From contig OZ025687.1 in assembly GCA_964019335.1 (NCBI GenBank), forward strand, positions 186,001 to 250,000: a stretch of 64,000 nt of DNA. Direction: 5' to 3'. Source of the DNA: Diplonema japonicum (Eukaryota; Protista; Euglenozoa: Diplonemea). A program made the position numbers and the translations under genes. Within the stretch, counting starts at the first letter, position 1, and the number at the start of each line of letters is the position of its first letter. The notes under the pieces are model-generated. The model worked only from the letters and a program-made list of their open reading frames with translations. It had not been told where the DNA came from and made no database searches. This document shows positions 46,148 to 59,622 of this stretch, in pieces.

Positions 46148-46355
46148 CACCTAGCGGCATTGAAAGCACTTCACGACAAAGTCAAAAGATCTACTGAACG
46201 GGAAGGGGAAGGAGGGGGGGAACATCTAAAATAAACAGCCGGTCGAATCCTTCCGTGAGATAAATGAATCGAATCTTGTTCGGCCTCTTTTCTTCCTTTC
46301 TCTTTTCTCTTTCTTCTTTTTTTCTTTCCCATTCCCTTTTCTAACACTATGGTCA

Positions 46356-47461
46356 TCACGCGTTGGCCAATTGCGTGAGGTACTTTTTGTATGTTGACAT
46401 AAACTGCGGGTGTGCGTTTAAAAAAAAAAAAAAAAAATCGATCATACCTCGCAGACGAATGCTTCAATGTGCACGATGGGCTTGGACCCCATGCGAAGGT
46501 TGTGTTCGAAGTGCGCTGCAATGGCAGCGATCTTTGCCTGAGTAGAAGAGTCGACTTTTTTGATGAGATTGAGGGCGAGACCCTGGATGATGACTTCGGG
46601 GGGGACGCAGTTGCCAAGAAGCTCATAGATCTTAGCTCGAACTTCCCAGATACGTTTGGGTGTCTGCTCTTCTATGATATCCCTGGCGATCTCAGCTAGG
46701 AAGAGCGACCAGTCGGGAAGCACGGGTTCGATGTGGTCTTCCAGAGAGTTCTTTTGAATCTTTGTTGCTTCCAACACCAATAAGGCCCGTCTCATGTTCC
46801 CGTTGCACTCTTTGAGGATTCTCACGGCGAGGCCCTCGGAAAGCTTTGCGTTCTCTTTCTTTGCAGTGTTGATCAGAACACTCTTCAGCTCTTCGGGGGC
46901 AGGCAGGGGCACACGGACTGCAAGACATCTGCTTCTCAACGGGGGGATCAACCTACTCATCGAGGTTGTGATGAGGACGAGCCTGCACGTTGCCATGTAC
47001 AATTCCATAGTGCGTCGGAGCGCTTGTTGTGCACCTTTCGATAACTTTTCCACTTCGTTTAAAACTACTACTTTAAACGAACGCTTTCCAGCCGTGTCTG
47101 TGAGAGGGACGGACATCGCGATTTCTTTTAAAAGCAGCATGACCACCTCCCTGTCGTACATCCCTGACTCTGAAGGGTTGATTTCGATGTGGTGGTTGGA
47201 TACGAGTACACCGACTTCGATTTCTTTGCTCTCTCTCACTTTCAGCATTCTTTGTTCCATTTTTACCTTTCCGGCCCCCATTCCGTAGTGTTCCCGCAGT
47301 AGCGCCATCACTCTCGTCTTCTTCCCTGCTCCGGGCGGCCCGTACACGAGCAGATGCGGGAAGTCTCCGCTCTTCGCAATCAATTCCAGCTTCTTCGTCA
47401 CATCGCAGTTCACGTCCAACGTGCTGAATGTTTTCGGTCTGTGCGCGTCGACCCACAGCAT
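46356..47461 (-). CDS. RFC3: Replication factor C small subunit (human RFC3 / yeast Rfc5)
   Basis: MLWVDAHRPK, FPHLLVYGPPGAGKKTR, AQQALRRTME, PLRSRCL. Last intron 46404-46447, then FMSTYKKYL. Confidence 0.95.
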
Positions 47462-47637
47462 TTCTTCCTTTTTTCTTTTTATCCCTTCTTTTGCATTATT
47501 TCACAAGTCGGCACAAGATATTTCACAAAAATAAAAAAAAGAACAAAAAAAAAAATAATACAAAAAAAAAAAAAAAAAAAGAGAAGGGGGAGAGGGGGAA
47601 CAACACTCCTTAGTGCCGTGGTACTCCTTAACTCGTT

Positions 47638-48603
47638 CTACGAATTCTCCTCCTCAGAACTACTGTCCCACTTGCTCTTCTCGGTGGGAGCAACTTGAAG
47701 GCGACTGTCATATTCATAGTTTGGGTCGTCTCTGGAAATAGCGGAGGCCTGGAAGGTGACGTCCATAGCCTCCTTGTACTCCACGAGCATAGTTTCGCTA
47801 ACGGACTGGAGGTTTACATCCTTAGTGCCGTGGTACTGGAGTGTGTGGAAATCGGGGTTTTCGGTGTTTATAGGAATCTCATGCATGGGGACATCTACCG
47901 ACTCCCATTGGCCCTCACCCCCAGAAGACTCTTGGTCACCGACCAGCGAATGAAGCTTTTCCCGTTGAGAGGCAGTAAGCAGGTGTGCCGTTCTTGGTAT
48001 TAACGATTTCAAGGAAACTTTTTTTTTTGTGGACAGCCGAACTGTGCGGACTTCGGAGCTTCCTTTTCGGTAGGAGATGAAGATTCCTTTGAACCCGCTC
48101 AGCACCCCGTACTGCGTGGCAAAGGTATCTTTTGGGGGCTCGGGTATGGCCCACCACCGTTTGGGGAACTCGTGAAAGGCCATCGGCCCTGAAATATATA
48201 ACCATGTCGCCAGGTCTTTATCGATCTTGGTTTTGAAATCCAACTCGTGCGGGGTGGTAAACCTTGCTAGAGACTCCATGTCCGCGTAGCTCTTTGAGGT
48301 TTGGCCTGCCACATGAGCGAACAAGCTTTGAAGGCCGTCCTTTTCCAGCACGTCATCTGTCGCTGAGCAGCTGAACATCAGCTCGATTGTCATCTCCACA
48401 ATGTCAGCCTCGTCCTTGATGAGTTCCCCCGCCCTTTCCCGTATTTTCTCCTTCAGCTCTTTATATGTACATAACTCCCTGTATGCAACAGGCTCGACTC
48501 CTACTTCCATGCATATTCTCCGTGCTGTCTCGTCTGCCTTGTCCTGCTGCACGCCTTTGCTCAATATCTTGTTCAGGTGGTACCCGAGGTCAGTGTCATA
48601 CAT
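47638..48603 (-). CDS. CEP19-like centrosomal protein with N-terminal extension
   Basis: C-terminus VNLQSVSETMLVEYKEAMDVTFQASAISRDDPNYEYDSR...SKWD resembles the CEP19 C-terminal motif. Confidence 0.65.
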   Translation of the reverse strand: MYDTDLGYHLNKILSKGVQQDKADETARRICMEVGVEPVAYRELCTYKELKEKIRERAGELIKDEADIVEMTIELMFSCSATDDVLEKDGLQSLFAHVAGQTSKSYADMESLARFTTPHELDFKTKIDKDLATWLYISGPMAFHEFPKRWWAIPEPPKDTFATQYGVLSGFKGIFISYRKGSSEVRTVRLSTKKKVSLKSLIPRTAHLLTASQREKLHSLVGDQESSGGEGQWESVDVPMHEIPINTENPDFHTLQYHGTKDVNLQSVSETMLVEYKEAMDVTFQASAISRDDPNYEYDSRLQVAPTEKSKWDSSSEEENS

Positions 48604-49449
48604 TACTCTACTCCTCCGCCTGTTGTTTTGTTGAAAAAATATGTATGGTCGCGTTTTTTTTTTTTCTTTTTTTTTTTTTCGTTTGAAAAAAAAAAAATGA
48701 ACAAGAAGAAAGAAAAAAAAATGAGGGGGTAATAATATGAAAGGGGGGGGTGGGAGAAAAAGATCAATATGCATTGGTCTTTTTGTCATGCCTTCCCCTT
48801 TTCTTCCCCCTCCTCTCTCCTTTCTTCGATTTCGTCCCCCCCCCCCCCCCCCCCCAATGGCACCCCTTTTCTCCTTTCATCTTTTTTTTTCTTCTTTCCC
48901 CCTCGAAGAAAATAGAACTGGCCGTCGTTTGCGTGCCGGGTGCCGGAAGGTAAAGAAAAAATAAAAAAATAAAAAAATTAAAACGGCGGTGTTCACTCGG
49001 CAAGAAGCAAGCATGATGGAAAAGGAGGACACACAACAGTAGAATGGGAGATCCAAGATGAAGCTGAGATAGCTCACGCTAAGAGTGTGCTATGCTGCGA
49101 GAAAAAGGGACAAAAAAGGGGGTGAGACAGGTACAAAGGGGAGAGTCAAAAAGGTGAGGAATGCTGCTGTTTCTTGTTTGTTTGCTTCCGTTTTCTTCGT
49201 ATGGCCGATCGCCTTGCTTCTTGAAAAGAAAAAAAAATTTAGGAAAAAGTAAAAAGAAAAGAAAAAGAGAAATACAACCGGAAGGGGGGGAAAATAAAAA
49301 AGAGGATGGAATCAAAAAAATTTCTTTTTCTATCCCTTATGGGCACACCGAGCCTGCAACAGCAACAAAAAAAAAAAAGAAAAAAAAAACTTTAAATAAA
49401 AGCAGGGCCACAGAAGACTCGCTGGATATCATTTTTTTTTTTTCTTCTT

Positions 49450-49733
49450 TCAGGCAGAGCTGAGGATTGTGATTGCGGACAACGGGATCTCTTGCAAGCA
49501 ATGAAGCATTTCTTTTTCGGTCGCCTGGGAAAACGGTTTCCCGTAGCCAGACTCCCCGCGCTGTCTCTGCATCGCCCAGTACTTCCGCAGGGTGCGTAGG
49601 TTGTCCAACGCCTCAGCAGTACGAGGCGCTGTGTCCTTTACATAGTACAACATAAACGCCTGTCCTGGAGGGGTGTTCTTCGGCAACCGCCACCTCGCGT
49701 ACGCCCTAAGGTACCTATATGTCTGAGGCTGCT

Positions 49734-49775
<42 letters not shown>

Positions 49776-50929
49776 GAGAGAAAATACCTCATCCCAAAGC
49801 TCATCGTTCAAAGGCGTTGAATCGATATCTTGATGCTGCCTGCGCCGCTGCTCCGCCTCAGTCATGGTGTCCGGCCACACTGACTCATTCGGTTTTACAA
49901 CAATCGCCTGGGTTTTTTTTTTTTTTTTTTTTTTTTTCCCCTTCACGGACAAACCTGTTCATATGTAGTTTCCACTGCGTATCGTTCTTGGATGTCTTGA
50001 AGGTTCGAGCAGTACGTGCACGGGGTGGCCGCCTTGTCGCCTTCAATGTGCCACCACAGCACGCCTGTCTGCACACCGATCACAACAGCGTGTTTCCCAG
50101 CAGACATCCCCCTCCCTATCATGAGCTTCTGCCCGTGTTTCACCCCGTACTCCTTCAACGCCTCCTCACCCCGGTCGAACAGATACGTCAGCCCGAACGA
50201 GCCTAGGTATTCTATTTTGTTGAACGGGATGGACTGGTTTTTGATGGTAAGCGGTGTGTTTAACACCTTCCAACCGTATTTTCTTTCAAGGTCGTGTTGG
50301 TTGTTGCAGAATGTACAAGGAGTGGCGCCTTTGTCGCCATCAAGGTGAACCCATAGAGACCCTGTGTGGACACCGATGACGGTGGCGCACCGGCTTCTGC
50401 ATGCGCCTCGTGTAGCACGGACACGTTGGCCGTGGTGGAAACCAAAGGGTTCGGTGTCGTTCCTTGTGCATCTGAAGACGTACCTTCCCATGGGGCCTTG
50501 GTACTCGAAGGCCTTGAGTTGTTCTTCGTCACGTGCGCCGACGAAGTGTAGCTTTGGGTGTGTGGGGGACTCCGGCCAGTCGTCCTCGTCTTCTTCTTCG
50601 AGCATTTGTAGACCGTATCTGTTTTTGAGGTCTTCCTCGTTGAAACACTGTTTCAGGTCCTTGACGTGTTCCTCTTCGTCAAGCTGTACCCATAGAACCC
50701 CATTCAGAACCCCCAGGACGGTAGCTTTCTTCCCTTCCCACTGTCCCCGTGATATGAGCACCCTGTCGTTGTGAAACACTCCAAACACCTCGCACGCCGC
50801 GTCTGTTGTGTCGAACTGAAAATTCCCGAATGCCGCAGGCCAACTAAATTTTTTATTCTGCACCCCTTTCCTCCCCCATGGCGACCTCGCCCCGCTCCCG
50901 TCATCAGGCACACTGATATCAATTTTCAT
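49450..50929 (-). CDS. Hypothetical protein with three tandem ~90-aa beta-rich repeats
   Basis: Repeated (F/Y)G..H.(Q/D)...RG.......V(I/L)GV..G.LW unit. Introns 49908-49954 and 49732-49787 join the ORFs. Confidence 0.7.
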
Positions 50930-51231
50930 ATTTTCTTCTTTTTTTTGTTCTTATATTTTTTTTTTTTTCTCCTCTCTCTCTTTCTCTTTCCTCTACCTCC
51001 CTCTTTTTTTTTTTTTTTTTTATGTTAACGTGGAAGAACGGAAAAAAGAAAGAGAAAAAAAGAAAAAAAACTGTCGCGAAACAATGATATAGGACAGGGA
51101 CGGGGGTGCCGCAACAGATTCTTCCTTTTGATAAGAACCGGAAAAGGAAAAAAAGAAAAGGAAATATGACAGTGTGTGTGTTTCTTTTGCTCTCGCTTTT
51201 TTCTTTCTTTTTTTTTTTTGCACCTTCTGAT

Positions 51232-52834
51232 TTAGTGTTTCCAAATGCGAACCTGTGGCATGGATTACAGTAAAGAATAGAAAACATGTGCACACCGTCT
51301 TGTCCTTGGAACCGCTGCAAGCTGTGAGGCCGTCTGGCGACCAATCACAGGCATAGACCTCGTCGGCGTGGCCAGGGAGGTCGTTGATGAGCTTCTTTGT
51401 TTTCATTGACCAGAGTTTGAGTGTTGTGTCTTTGCTGGAGGAGAGGATCTGCCTGGAGTCGATGGACCATGCAACGTGGTACACTGCCGCCACGTGGCCT
51501 CTCAGGTTGGCGATGAACTTCCCGTCTGCAGCGTTCCACAGCTTGACAGTCTTGTCGAAAGAGGCAGAGGCGATCGTCTTCCCGTCAGGGGCGAAGCTCA
51601 CAAAGCACACAACGCCCTGGTGTCCCACCATTCGCGCCACTGGCTTGTTCGTCTTCGACGGGTCCCACAGGAACAGCGTGTGGTCGTCGCTGCACGACAC
51701 CACCTTCTCACCCGCCTCCCCTGCCACCGCTTCGAAACGTTCCTTCGCGTACGCCTGTGCCTCGACAGGGCTCCCGAACACCTTCTCCGTATGATCATAT
51801 GCGCCCGACCTCAGAACCAGTTCTGTGTTCAACGCCAAACTATTCACCCAGTGCGCGTGTCCTTCAAGCCTCTTGGAAGGAACGCCAGTCTCAGGGTCCC
51901 ACACCATCACGCTCCTGTCCTGCGATGAGGTGTAAATAAGCCCCAGCCCGCCCCATTTCACAGACGTCACCGACGCGGTGTGCCCCGCCAGCGACCTCTG
52001 CATCTGGCTCGCCTTCGCCTTCGTCACCTTCCAGACAATACCCGACGCGTCCTTGCTGGCGCTCACAAGCCTGTCGCATTCGAGGTTCTTGTGGAAAGGC
52101 TCCCAGCTCAGGGCGTTGATCCATGCCTTGTGGTTGCTGAAGGTGGCTATCAGCTTGGTGCCCTGCCAGATACAGATCTTTCTGTCTTTGCTGCCTGACG
52201 CGAGGTATTTCCCGTTCGCGGACCATGCCAGGACCTGCACCCACTGTGTGTGCCCGGTGAGGGTGGCCATGGGTGTCTGTGTGTTGAGGTCCCACAGCCG
52301 GACTGTCTTGTCGCCGGACCCTGTGGCGAGGACGTTGCCGTCGGGGGAGAAAGAGCAGACGAGGACGGCTTCCGAGTGGCCGGACAGGGCACTGGTGCAC
52401 CTTGTAAGGCTGCGCACTTTAAAGACAGCCTGTGGTCTGTAGGTGATCTCGTACTCTTCTTCTGCGGAGACTTGGAGGGCCTGTTGGTCGAGCAGCTTCT
52501 GAGTCACGCGCCTACCTTCGGACTTCATCTTGTCAAGCCATTTCTGATTTTGCTGGCTTTTAAGATGTTCTGCGAGGTTATCGGTGGTAACCTCCTGACC
52601 GCCCACGAAGAAGGAGTAGGGCACCTTGTCCGTCTGTTGCAGCAGGCCGTTCACAAGGGTTTCCATTTGTGCAGTGCTGACATCAACAGCAAGTTGAACC
52701 TTGGGGCCCGTTGCTGTCCCGTCCTCAGCCATGAACCTCGCGTACAAGGTTGGCTTGTCCGAGGCCTCCACTACCTCCTCCACTTCCGACATCTTTCTCT
52801 TTGAGGCGGGCATCTCCCTGTGTGTCCTGTGCAT
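51232..52834 (-). CDS. NLE1: Notchless (Rsa4) ribosome assembly WD40 protein
   Basis: NLE domain (VPYSFFV, ITYRPQAVFKVRSLTRC), WD40 repeats, LPGHADEVYACDWSPDG. Final intron about 51253-51296, then VRIWKH*. Confidence 0.95.
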
Positions 52835-53167
52835 GGTGTCAGTGACTTCTTCGGACACAGGAGGGGTAAAATAAATATAAAAAAAGGAGGACGTGAATGT
52901 GGGATAGGAGGGTTGAAAATCAAAAGGCGTAAGTCGCCGCTTTGGGTTAAGAGAAAATAGCGACCTCAACAAAAAAAGAAGAAGAAAGAAGGAGAAAGGG
53001 GAAGAAGAAGAAAAAGGGGTGCAACCCTCAGGATAGGGCGTTATAAGTATGGTCAGTATCCAAAATTACTGTTACTCGGGTTAAAGGCTAGCTTCTTCTA
53101 AAAAAAAAACACTTGTCCCCAACCCCCTTTTTTTTCCTCTTCCCTTTTGTTTTTCTCCATCTCGCAT

Positions 53168-56165
53168 CTACTCTTTCTTCGGGATATGAACCGTAATCTG
53201 TTTTTTTCTCTTTTTTTTTCCCCGTTTTTTTTTTTTTTTTTTTTTTTTTTCCATACTCTCGTACGAGTGGGCAGTTTGAGGTCAACAAGAGTGGTGTCGA
53301 GTTCAGCTTTGGTGTAAGGCTGTTTTTTTTTTTTTTTTTTTTTTCTTCCCTTCTTCCTGTAAACCATACCCTTCTTGGGAAACTACACATCAGCGAAACG
53401 CTTGATGCAATATCATGGAAGTCGGGGGTCCCACTGATTAGCCATAACCGGGCAGCACCAAGCGTATCGGTGGGTACGAATTCTTGCTGCTTAGTTGTTC
53501 CATCAGGAAGCGCAAACTGAATAGTGAATGCAGCAACAGCAGCAGCAACAGCTGGTTTGACAACGGGCTTCACAGGCGAAGATGCAGCTTGTTGCATTTG
53601 GTGCCGTTCCTTCCTCTCTTTCTTCTCTTCCTCCATTTCAATCCTGATTCGTTCCTTCTCCATCTCTCGATCTTTCTTCTCCTTCAGCATGCTTTGTCTT
53701 TCCCTCTCCATCTTCGCTTTTCTAAGAGCTTCTTTTTCCTCTTCTGCCTTCTCCAGCATTCTTTCCCTGGCAAGCACACCCCCTGACCGTGCGCCTAAGA
53801 TATCTTCTGCTTCTTTTTTTTTGATACGTCTAGAATCCTCTGCTTCCGCTTTTCTTTTCGCGATCTGTTTCTTCCTGAACTCTTCCTGTTCCCTCTCTGC
53901 CCGCATCCTCACTTCCTCGTTGTGTAACGTGCGCTTTGCTGTGTTTGCTGCACCGAACTTGCCTTCGTACAAGGAACGCAACGCGTCCTTGCTGAGGTGC
54001 TCCACTTCCTTCGGCTGGATTGACACCCAGTTGCTGGGAGGGGGTTGTTGCGGTTGCACCTGCTGCTTCGGGGCAATTTGTGTGTGCAACAAGCTTTCCC
54101 TTGCCTTTGCTATCTCGGCAGCATCGGCCTCTTTCTTGACACCCGACAGAATGAAAGAGTAGTACACCTCTGCTTCAAGCACCTCGCTCTTCTCTGTCGC
54201 ATAAAGCAGGTGGTTCACGTCGACCTTCTTGTACAACCGCTCGCCACTCTTAGTTGTGTAGAAGTGATCAATGTTCAAGGGCCGTATGCCTAGAGAGTGC
54301 ACGATCTGCGTTGACAGCTCAGCGGCGTCAATTGCGGCGTTGGTGTTGATCTTCGCGCCGACATACTTGTCAAAGGTCTTCACAAATGTGGGGAAAGTGA
54401 GGGACGTAGCGAAAGGGTCTGAAATGGAGCCCTGCTGCACCAGAAGGTCTTTTGCAGGCTTCATCGCAATGGTGACCACTTGGCTTTCGTACCAAAGGGA
54501 CTGTGGGCCCTTCTTCGTGTTCAGCATAGGCACCGAGTCGATGTATTGTCCGTACACAATGGTGCCCTTACGCAGCAAAGGCAGCGTCGTACTGGAGAGG
54601 ATCTTCGGCGGGCCCACCGTCGCGAGCGAGAGCTGCAGCTTCAAGCCGCTGACGTTGAGATCGTGGTCTACCGCCTTTTGCATGCACAAGCTGCGCGCTG
54701 CCTCGCACGGGTCGGGTGCTGCCTTGCACGACGATGTGTCAACTGTGCCCAAGTACCGGAGCTTCTCGTCGTCGCCTAGCAGCTTGAAGTGCACGAAATG
54801 TTTCTTTTCCATGTACTTGGAACACACATCCCCATCACGATGCACGCAGACACCCACAGTTGAGTGGCTCTGGAATACATCACGGAGAACGGCGCTATGA
54901 CTCAAGGGGCTTGGGTCGACCAGTGTGTATGTCTCACCTGTCCACTGTAACTTCGATGCTTGCAAGGTGTCAAAGGGCACATTCAGCCTCCCCGCAGCTA
55001 TCCTGAGTACCAGCTCCACCATTTCACTGCTGAACAGCCGTACTGTAGTTAACGGCTTGCCGAACAGTGTAAAACTACTGTGGCTCTCTATGCCCCTATA
55101 GTCGTAGATGTTGACCACTGTGTACACGGCATCGCTCACAATGCGCGTCGCGTCCCTCGTCTGGCTCACTATCTTCGGCGGAGGCGCCACGAAGCGGTCC
55201 TGCGCATCCCGCTTCAACTTGTTGCCCCTTCCGGGGAAGCTCCTGTCCTGCCTCCCCCACTTGTCGTAGCCCCCATAGCTCACCTCGAGGTCGGGTTCGA
55301 TCACCAGGTCATCGGTGTAGAATTTCTTTCTCCCTTCTACCCTCTCATCTTCCTCTTCTTCTTCGTCATCGCCCTCCTCGCTCTCTTCATCTTCTTCAAC
55401 CTCATCATCATCATCGTCGTCACCATCATCACCATCATCAGCATCGTCGTCACCATCATCATCATCATCTTCATCATCACTACCATAGTCATCATCGTCA
55501 TAGCCGAACCCCCTTAAGGTGAGGGGGGTGCCACAAATAGGTCCAACGCGCACCTCTAGAAGGATGTCGTAGAATCGTGGCCGCATCTTCTTCAGAACGA
55601 GCCCGTCATCCGTGCTGATGGATAGCCTGACGGAGCGATTGGAGGTGGTCATCAGGTTGGCGGTGCGGGCACGGTCACGTGTTTTATGCTGGCGGCCGGT
55701 GCGCTTGTGGATGGAGATGAGGCGGGCACGGTAGGCCACACGAGCAGCAGTAAGGTTTCGCGTGTCCATGAGGGTGAGGTGGGCCTTGAAGTGGGTGGAG
55801 GTCATGCCACCAGTGATCTTCCAGGTGCTGTCACTGGACATGAAGTAGTCTTTGATCCCTTGCTTCGACACAGGGAGCAAAAACGACGCACGAGGGCACC
55901 CGTTCAAAAACAGGTCTTTCAACTCCAACGCCGCGTCGAACTCGTCTTCGTTGCGCTTTACGACGCCATCTAACGTGTCAGCGTGCAGGGCACCCCACCT
56001 GCTGTAGCAAATTCTCTTCCACAGATCAAGCTCGTATGCCTCTTCGCAGAACAACTTGCACGCTGACGCACATCGCAGCAAGTCGTTCCCGTCTAGATAC
56101 TGAAGAAACAATTGGCACACGTCAGACGAGAATATCTCCCGTGCGTCCTGAATGCCCCCAGACAT
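53168..56165 (-). CDS. F-box protein with acidic tract, coiled coil and C-terminal UBX domain
   Basis: N-terminal FSSDVCQLFLQYLDGNDLLRCASACKLF (F-box-like). C-terminal TIQFALPDGTTKQQEFVPTDTL...LMCSFPRR...TLVDLKLPT (UBX with FPR motif). Introns about 53320-53369 and 53197-53257. Confidence 0.75.
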
Positions 56166-56246
56166 CTCTTCAACCTAATGGATGTGATGCATGGATGAAA
56201 TGGAAGAATGTATAAGGGGTTTACTAATTTAACTCTCTTGCTCTCT

Positions 56247-58531
56247 TCAGGTGGCATCGTCGGTTCCCTTCTTTCGAAGAAGCTCTTGCTTTGCCTTGTC
56301 CTGCTCCTTGCTGTACGAGGTGGAAACCACGCCGAGGAACAGATCTTTTTCTCTGGTGCTGAGGGTCCCGAAAATGGGTAGGATGTCAGAGATGCTGGAG
56401 TACATGGCGTTCTTGTGCTTCACGTGTGACGAGGAAGCTTCGCGCTCCTTGATCATCCTCTGGTCGGAGGGAGGGATGGAAATCTCGATGCGCCGGTCGG
56501 GGAAGGGAATCCTGTTCTTGTTCATGCCGTACACGCCGTGCAGACGGTGGTCAATGGCCACGTCATCACCCTCGCCTTCGTGAGGCGCCCCGAATGTCAA
56601 CTGCGACGTGAGTTCAGAAAACAACTGATTGCACAGAACCGTTGATATGGTACTCTCCATCTCTGTCCCTGCAGGACCTGGCATCTCCAACTGCTTCAAA
56701 TGTGTTGCCCATGAACCGTCGTCCTCTTCGCTTTGCTTTTTCGTCTGCGGGCTGACCACAGGAATCTCTGCCGATGTTATGGGCGCCGTTGCAGGTCCAA
56801 ACGCCACTCTTTTATACCCAGGTGGCTTGTTGATAGTAGGAGGTGCTGGCTTCGTCAACGACTGGTCGCCGTCTTCAGTCGACACCCTGTTGTAGAGCTG
56901 GTGTCTGCAGTGTAGCTTTTGCCGTGTTTTTGATTGCAGTCCCCTGTGATGCGATTGCAAGTCTGTGAACACCATGTCGTCTACGAGAGAGAATTTTGCG
57001 TCAATGGTCCTCTCGTTGACCCACGCACACCACGCGCTGAACTTGCTTATGTCTTTTGACTTTTTAAGAGCGAGCTCTTTTTCGTAGCACTGCTGCAGCT
57101 GCATGTTTTCGTCGGTACTGTCATAGAACGTGGAGTAGCACGCTTGGCACAGGGTTACCTGTCTGTTCAGCCAAACATCGTTGCGCCGTATTTCCTCAAT
57201 GGACTTGGACAGCCGTTGCAGCACAGGCGGGACTGTCACCCAGTTGTGAGACTGGTCCAAGAATGCCGTGCTGTCGGGGTTTGTGAAGGGCGACGATTGG
57301 TTTGTATTGTCAATCTTGTTGCTGGACATCACGCACTGCTTCTGTTCTTTTGTCCTGCGATCGAAGTACCTCATTATGCTGAGGTATGTGGTCACATGGA
57401 CGCTGCCCTTGGCCACCAAACTGCTGCAGTTCGGGCATAAGAACTGGTCAGCAGGCTGCTTTCTCGTTTTGATCTTTTTTATTTTCTTCGCGGCGATCTC
57501 CTTCCCCGTTGCTTGTTGCGTATGAGAGTTGGGCGACAGGGCAAAGTTCAAGTCGAGCGGCGTGCGTTCTTCCTCAATACCAGTTTTCCTCCGCTTTTTC
57601 TTGATGAATTCGAAGTCGGGTATGGACCAATCGACGCCTTTTTCGGAGCTCTTGGTATGCCCGAAGCCAAGAAGCCACAACTGGTTAGAACGGTCAACTT
57701 TGAAGAGGCACGAGATCTCTCTGTCTTGCCGGACAACAGAGTTGCACGCCTCACGTCTGAGGGACGAGAGCTGTTCATTGAGGAACTTCATGGCGGGACC
57801 TAAGACAGAGAGAAGTGTCGTAGACTGCATCTCGTCGTACCCCACAGAGATCTCAGACGGGTGGTACGGTGACACGATAGCACTTGGTGGTGGTGTCAAC
57901 TTCCCTATTGTGGGTATGGCTGTGTGCACGCAGCTCTGCTGTGTGATTCCAACCGCTTTGCTCGGTTCCAGTACTGTGTTGTTGAAACGCCTCTCTACTG
58001 TGAGGTAGGAATCAGACACCACCAGCAGCTCGTGGTTCACACCCTCCTTCCCCTTGATGTCCTTAGGGAGGATAAATTTTTGCAGAACCCCACACCGTCC
58101 TCGGTCTGCCCTGTGTTTCAAAAACGCTTTCAGACGCGCTTCGTCGAAGAACTCCTGCGTGTAAAGGTAGCCCTTCGCGTCTTTCCGTTCACTGTGCCAA
58201 ACTGCAACAGGCCCTTCTGGGGTGCCTTGTACCGACAAGGCCCTTCGAATCGCCGTGGTTGTGATCTGTGATGGCTTTTTTTGCACAACACCCTTCGTCG
58301 GTGATGTGTAGTACCACTTCACCTGGTCCGCTTGCCTGTACACAATGGTGTGCGGCAGCATCACTCCATGCCCTACCAGCCCCATGTTCGAATCTGTCAT
58401 CAGCGCCTGCAAGCACAGGTCCATCAAGAAGTCAAACGGCGGTTCCCTGTAGGAATACACTTTGAAGCGATACCATACCCTTCATCTCGTCTACTCAGCG
58501 CCGCCCATGTCTTCGGTGCAGCGTCGGACAT
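56247..58531 (-). CDS. Hypothetical protein with two CxxC pairs
   Basis: Short first exon MSDAAPKTW, intron 58447-58478, then a long ORF with CPNC and CQAC motifs. Confidence 0.7.
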
Positions 58532-58636
58532 GTGCACTGTGGTGCGTGAACCAACAGAGAACCGTGAGGCGAAGCAAAAATACATGTACAATAAAAGAAT
58601 ATAGATAATAGACAAAATGGAAATGGTACAATACAA

Positions 58637-59471
58637 TTACACGTGGCGTGCAGGGCTGCCGTAGGGAGACGCCGTGCGGACACCACGTTCGAGAAGATGG
58701 TCTTTGACCTCGTTGATGCGGCCTTGGACATTGTGGTAGCGTTGCGAGCGTCGGCTAGTCTGGTTTTTTTTTTTTTTTTTTTTTTTTTTTCCCCCTGGGG
58801 AATACCCTTCTGTCAACCTTCCGTTGTTCCCGAAGGAACTGCCGCTGGTTGATGGAGGCGGTCGCGTCGAAAATGGCTTGCTGCCGATCTTCTTGCTGGT
58901 GCATTATGTCATGAGCGACAATCCACTCCCGTTGCAAAGGGCGGAAGTACTCAAGCGTGTCTTCAGGGCTGCCGCTTAGAACGGTGCGGAGCTGCTCAAC
59001 CTCACTGTGCAGCCTGTCGATTTCCGCTGCTTGCTTCTCGATGATCTCGCTTCTTGTAAGTGCCATCTGCATCGACTCAGAGGTCATGCATGACATGTCT
59101 TGCATCTCAGGCTGTGCTTGGACACCCATTTCCACCTTCTCAGGAGCCGCACCCCGCACGGAACGCGGGGACGCACTTGGTGACACCGATGGGGAAGCAG
59201 ATACTCTCGACTGTGTTGGACTCCCTGTTCCGAATGCTCTCGTGAACATCCCAGATGCTATCTCCTTCTTTACCTTTGCACGCTCTTCCATCAACAAGCA
59301 CTGAAAGGACTTGTCCTTTCCCAGCGCTGCAAGCTCCACACCTAGTGTGCCATCACCCTCGCTCCTTAGCCTCTGCAGCGGCGATACCACCCTTAACATC
59401 TTCCTGGTGGTGGGTAGTAAAGACGGGTTGAAATGTTTCAAAAGACCATCTCTCTTGTATCTCACGGCCAT
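58637..59471 (-). CDS. Hypothetical coiled-coil protein
   Basis: ORF 58755-59552 from MAVRYK, A-rich intron about 58760-58806, then last exon TSRRSQ...PARHV*. Confidence 0.6.
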
Positions 59472-59622
59472 AAGAAGCAAATAAAAAGAGAAGCAAAGGA
59501 TGCAGAAGGAGGAAAAAAAAAACAGCAAAAGAGAAAAAGAAACAAGAAACAAGGGAAAATAATGAAAGCGAATGAGTTACATTTTTGTACCGTGTCCCCC
59601 CCCTCCCCCCCTTTTTTTCCAT

